Shown one piece after another: positions 41,357-45,688 of a stretch of 45,688 bases of DNA. The stretch spans positions 67,078 to 112,765 of the forward strand of contig JANZKB010000001.1 in assembly GCA_025061095.1 (NCBI GenBank). The letters run 5' to 3'. A program made the position numbers and the translations under genes. Within the stretch, counting starts at the first letter, position 1. Every line of letters begins with the position of its first letter. The notes under the pieces were generated by a model. The model saw nothing but the letters and a program-made list of their open reading frames with translations, was not told where the DNA came from and did no database searches. The stretch comes from Candidatus Culexmicrobium thermophilum (GTDB lineage: Archaea > Thermoproteota > Methanomethylicia > Culexarchaeales > B10-G16).

Positions 41357-42607
41357 ATGAGCTTATCGTCGAATGGTTCTATTGAAAAATATAAACTTGA
41401 AAGGTTGATCAAAGAGTTGGATAAGAAGGAGGGGCGGGGAACAGAACTTATCAGTCTCTATATTCCTCCAGGTAGACAGCTCTCAGACGTTATGAGCGTG
41501 TTGAGACAGGAATATTCTCAAGCGGGAAACATAAAGGATAGGACGACAAGGCATCACGTACAAGATGCTCTTACCTCTTGTATGCAAAGGTTGAAGCTCT
41601 TCAAAAGTGTACCTAAAAATGGCCTTGTAATCTTCTGCGGCTATGTTTCGAGAGGTGTTCCAGGAGACGAAAAACTAGAGGTTCACATAGTAATTCCACC
41701 AGAACCCATAAAGATTTACCTATATCGCTGTGACAGCAAATTCCATCTAGATCCATTAAAGGAATTAATCGTCGAGAAAGAATTTTACGGATTGATTGTA
41801 ATGGATAGAAATGATGCAACATTCGCAATACTTAAAGGAAGACGGCTTGAAATCCTTGAACAGATAACTTCAGGAGTTCCTGGAAAACATGATGCTGGAG
41901 GTCAATCGCAAAGAAGATTTGAAAGGATAATAGAGCAGATGGCCCATGAATTCTATAAGCGTGTAGCAGAACATGCGAGAAAATTCTTTTTACAGCAGAA
42001 TATAAATCTAAGCGGTATAATAATTGGAGGTCCAGGTCCCACGAAAAACGAATTTGTCGAGAAAGAATATCTACACTATCAACTTCAACAGAAGGTAATA
42101 GGCGTCGTGGATACTGGCTATACGGGAGAGGCGGGAATCTATGAGCTCATAAAGAGAAGTAGACATCTATTGGAAAAGGTAAGATATATTAAGGAGAAGA
42201 ATTTAATGCAGCGATTTCTCCAGCAGCTCGTCAAAGACAGCTCAATGGTTGCATATGGTTTAGAAGAGGTTAAAAAACTTCTGGAACAAGGTGCAGTAAA
42301 CCTTCTCCTAATCTCCACAAGTTTAGATCTTGAAAAAGTTGATGTTATCTGTCCAAACTGCTCCTATGAACGTATCAAAATAATCTCAAGTAAAGATGAA
42401 GATAAATTTCTAAGTGAAAAATGCCCTAAATGTGGTTCCCAACTATTATTAAAAAATAGAAAAAGCCTAATAGATGAACTGGTCGAAAAGGCAAAAGAGA
42501 CTGGAACAAAAGTTGAATTGATCTCCACAGAGACTGAAGAGGGAGAGGAGCTGAGGAAATCATTTGGAGGAATAGTTGCAATATTAAGATATAAAAAACA
42601 GGAGTAG
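41357..42607 (+). CDS. prf1: Peptide chain release factor aRF1
   Basis: GRGTELISLYIPP, NIKD (NIKS-equivalent), YRCDSKF, PGKHDAGGQSQRRFER, GGPG, CxxC..CPxC insert, FGGIVAILRY. Confidence 0.97.
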   Translation: MSLSSNGSIEKYKLERLIKELDKKEGRGTELISLYIPPGRQLSDVMSVLRQEYSQAGNIKDRTTRHHVQDALTSCMQRLKLFKSVPKNGLVIFCGYVSRGVPGDEKLEVHIVIPPEPIKIYLYRCDSKFHLDPLKELIVEKEFYGLIVMDRNDATFAILKGRRLEILEQITSGVPGKHDAGGQSQRRFERIIEQMAHEFYKRVAEHARKFFLQQNINLSGIIIGGPGPTKNEFVEKEYLHYQLQQKVIGVVDTGYTGEAGIYELIKRSRHLLEKVRYIKEKNLMQRFLQQLVKDSSMVAYGLEEVKKLLEQGAVNLLLISTSLDLEKVDVICPNCSYERIKIISSKDEDKFLSEKCPKCGSQLLLKNRKSLIDELVEKAKETGTKVELISTETEEGEELRKSFGGIVAILRYKKQE

Positions 42608-42613
42608 CTCATT

Positions 42614-45085
42614 TTAAACTTTTATATCCACTCTAATCTCAGGATAATCCCTTACAGTCCTCCCTAATCCTTCAGCTATGGATAAAACTCTAACCCTTTT
42701 CGCCTTGATAACTCTCCCTATTATTTCTAAATGCTCCTCAAGAAGCTTTTTCACATTCTCCGAAGCATATATTACAGCTTCCTCCACTGATCTAGATAAT
42801 GCAATTCTCCTCTCAGCCTTTATCCTTCTAAGCTCAGCTATAACTGCAATTATCATGTCGCCGACGGCTTCCAATTTTTCATTAATCCTACCCTCATCTA
42901 CTTTAGGCCATGAAGATTTATGAATGCTCAGAAAACCCTTATCCTCAGCATAGATGTTTTGATAGATCTCCTCTACAATGTGCGGTGTAAATGGAGCTAA
43001 AAGCTGAAGAATCCTGAATAATGCTTCATAAAGAGTGTACTGAGCAGCTCTCTTACTCTCATCTTCCCCTCCATATAACCTATACTTTACAGCTTCAATG
43101 TAATGATCGCAGAAGACATGCCAGAAAAATCTCCTAATAGCATCCAATGCAACGTTAAATTGAAACTTGCTTAAAGCTTCATCTACTTTAAACGTCAATT
43201 TTTCAAGTTTGCTTAGAAGCCATTTATCTATCAGTTCAAGGCTTCCAGCACCACTTATCCCATCATAATTCTTAACATGTAAACTTACAAATCTAGATGC
43301 ATTCCAAAGCTTCAATAGAAATCTCCAACCATAATCTACATCTTCCCATCTGAAGGGAATATCGGATCCCGTTCCTCCACCTGTCAAAGCCCATTGCCTT
43401 AAAGCGTCAGCTCCATATTTCTCTATCGCTTCATCAGCTCCAACATAGTTTCCATATGATTTATGCATCATTCTCCCATCAGTCCCTCTAACCATTCCAT
43501 TGATTAAGGCTGTCTTGAATTGCGGCATTCCGAAGAGCATAAGTCCCCTAACAATCAAATAATAATCCCAAGTTCTAATAATATCATAGCCATTTGGCTG
43601 CAGATCGGCTGGAAACAGCCTCTTGAACACTTCAGGCTTGTCAGGCCAACCAGCATGAACAGCACATGTAATAGAAGAATCCATCCAAGTATCCATTACA
43701 TCTCTCTCCCCTTCAAAATCTTCTCCGCCACATCTTGGGCATCGATTAATTCTCGGTTTATCTCTCCTAGGATCTACTGGAAGCCACTCTTCCTCTGCAA
43801 CTATAATTTTACCGCACTTTTTACAATACCAAACCGGTATAGGTGTTGCAAAGATTCTCTGCCTAGATATAACCCAATCCCAATCTAAAGCTTTAACCCA
43901 ATCTATAAGTCTCTTCTCAGCCCATTTTGGAATCCACTTAATTCTACCAGCCCAATTGATAACGTCCTCTGCAAGCTCTCTAGTTTTAATGAACCATTGC
44001 TCCTTAGCTAGAATCTCCACTGGCGTATGGCATCTCCAGCAGGTTCCAACGCTCTGTTTAATATGTTCTTCTCTAACTATATATCCCTCCTCCCTCAACT
44101 TTAACACAATCTTCTCCCTGCAATTCTCAATAGTTAACCCTTTAAATTCCCCAGCAGCATCGGTCATAACTCCTCTTTCATCAATCGCCTTGATTATTGG
44201 CAAGTTAAACTTTTTCTGCCATCTAACATCAGTTTTATCTCCAAAAGTACAGATCATAACTACTCCTGTACCGAAAGTTGGATCCACCTCTCTATCCGCA
44301 TAGACTTTAACTTCTCTCTCAAATATTGGTGTAATCAAAACTTTCCCAATTAGGTCTCTGTATCTTTCATCATCTGGATTTACTAAAACTCCGACACATG
44401 CAGGTATAAGTTCAGGTCTAGTGGTTGCAACAATCACTTCTCCACTTCCACTTCTTCTAAACTTCACATAGTATAACTTAGTCTCCCTCTCAACATATTC
44501 CACCTCCGCTTCCGCAATTGCAGTTTCACATCTTGGACACCATAACACTGGATGCTCAGCCCTGTAAACTAGACCTTTACGATAGAGTATTATAAAGGAT
44601 AGCTGCGTCCTCCTCCAATAATCGGGATCCATAGTTCTATATTCCAATGACCAATCTATGGAGTATCCCATCCTCCTCATAGTCTTCTTCATCTGCTCAA
44701 TCCATTTCTCAGTGAGTTCAAAACATATTCTCCTAAACTTCTCGTAGTCAACCTCTCTCTTATTAACATTCATAGTTCTCTCAGCTCTAACCTCCGTGGG
44801 CAAACCATGGCAATCCCAACCCTGGGGAAAGTGAACATTGTAACCTTTCATCCTCATATATCGTGCTGCCGCATCGATATATGTCCAGTTAAGCGCATTC
44901 CCCATGTGGAATTCACCGCTAGGATATGGTGGAGGAGTGTCGATGGCATAGGTCGGCTTCTCAAAATCTTCCCAATCGAAACTATATATACTCCACTCTT
45001 CCCATTTACGTTGCCATTTAACCTCAACTTTTCTGAAATCATAGTCTCTTGGAAGTATCATTCTAGCCAAATCTAAAACCTCCAA
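42614..45085 (-). CDS. valS: Valyl-tRNA synthetase (archaeal type)
   Basis: IDTPPPYPSGEFHMGN, GWDCHGLPTE, ATTRPEL, FGTGVVMICTFGD, WDWVISRQR, DTWMDSS, MMHKS. Real start is probably the TTG at 45070. Confidence 0.96.
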   Translation of the reverse strand: MEVLDLARMILPRDYDFRKVEVKWQRKWEEWSIYSFDWEDFEKPTYAIDTPPPYPSGEFHMGNALNWTYIDAAARYMRMKGYNVHFPQGWDCHGLPTEVRAERTMNVNKREVDYEKFRRICFELTEKWIEQMKKTMRRMGYSIDWSLEYRTMDPDYWRRTQLSFIILYRKGLVYRAEHPVLWCPRCETAIAEAEVEYVERETKLYYVKFRRSGSGEVIVATTRPELIPACVGVLVNPDDERYRDLIGKVLITPIFEREVKVYADREVDPTFGTGVVMICTFGDKTDVRWQKKFNLPIIKAIDERGVMTDAAGEFKGLTIENCREKIVLKLREEGYIVREEHIKQSVGTCWRCHTPVEILAKEQWFIKTRELAEDVINWAGRIKWIPKWAEKRLIDWVKALDWDWVISRQRIFATPIPVWYCKKCGKIIVAEEEWLPVDPRRDKPRINRCPRCGGEDFEGERDVMDTWMDSSITCAVHAGWPDKPEVFKRLFPADLQPNGYDIIRTWDYYLIVRGLMLFGMPQFKTALINGMVRGTDGRMMHKSYGNYVGADEAIEKYGADALRQWALTGGGTGSDIPFRWEDVDYGWRFLLKLWNASRFVSLHVKNYDGISGAGSLELIDKWLLSKLEKLTFKVDEALSKFQFNVALDAIRRFFWHVFCDHYIEAVKYRLYGGEDESKRAAQYTLYEALFRILQLLAPFTPHIVEEIYQNIYAEDKGFLSIHKSSWPKVDEGRINEKLEAVGDMIIAVIAELRRIKAERRIALSRSVEEAVIYASENVKKLLEEHLEIIGRVIKAKRVRVLSIAEGLGRTVRDYPEIRVDIKV

Positions 45086-45318
45086 AACAGTCTTGTAGCA
45101 TTAAACAATCTGCCTTCTGAAGTTTTTGCAGAAAAGTTAAAATATACTTTAAGGCTTTCGCACTTGGCACATAGCCAACTCCCAAAACCCTATATGCAAT
45201 ATGTCTTAAAAGCGTTACGTACCTTAAATCTCGATGAAACGCTTTTCTCAAAAAATGAAACATCCTTCCCGAAGAATCCCTTAATAGTCTAGAAAACCAT
45301 TCTAATCTGGGATGCGAA

Positions 45319-45688
45319 ATGAGAAGTAAAGCTGTAGCCACAATTCTAGTTTCAATCCTTTGGATAATAGCTTCACTAGCCACATTCTCAGTAACCTCAA
45401 CAGCGGAAAATCCGGAGCAAAGAAGAATTTTAAAATCTATACAATTGATTGAAAAGACAGTTGAAAGGTTAAATAATTGGATTAAAGCGATAAAAGCTAA
45501 TGAAACATTGATCAGCCAAATAAATGAAACTGCACTTAACAATATTCAAGCCCGATTAGAAAATATAAATCAGACACTTCAAAACTTAGAAAATAGTATA
45601 CTCTCCGGCAATTACAATTATGATGACATAAAAATTGATGTTGAACAGCTGTTTAACAATTTAAGAGCAACAGCCAGAGAACTTCAAG
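45319..45688 (+). CDS. Secreted or surface protein, partial (runs off the window end)
   Basis: MRSKAVATILVSILWIIASLATFSVTSTA signal-peptide-like start, open to the window end, N-x-T sequons (NET, NET, NQT). Confidence 0.7.
   Translation, partial: MRSKAVATILVSILWIIASLATFSVTSTAENPEQRRILKSIQLIEKTVERLNNWIKAIKANETLISQINETALNNIQARLENINQTLQNLENSILSGNYNYDDIKIDVEQLFNNLRATARELQ

Overview
Core-genome segment of a thermophilic TACK-type archaeon. The basis is GC-rich structural RNAs in an AT-rich background, PolD large subunit plus Elf1, and a 16S-23S operon with no spacer tRNA-Ala or linked 5S, which points away from classical PolD-less Thermoprotei. It carries housekeeping genes (pyrB, pyrI, pyrH, polC/DP2, GGGP synthase, Sec61-beta, hypF, tatD, tiaS, tsr3, aRF1, valS), three tRNAs (Pro-UGG with a 33/34 intron, Pro-CGG, initiator Met), RNase P RNA and the 16S-23S operon with BHB processing stems. 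Three things stand out. (1) An intact, translationally coupled pheS/pheT pair whose aminoacylation and editing motifs are both degenerate. (2) An ArsR-HTH/ATP-cone/NrdD fusion lacking the glycyl-radical and catalytic Cys motifs, a candidate nucleotide-sensing transcription factor. (3) An ORB-containing origin-like region (~27.1-28.1 kb) with no adjacent cdc6/orc1, flanked by three uncharacterised HTH genes and arrays of RTCAC motifs. Two conserved genes (tatD, tsr3) apparently start at CTG, and a patch of gene debris lies downstream of tRNA-iMet. All calls come from motif recognition by eye; no database searches were run.
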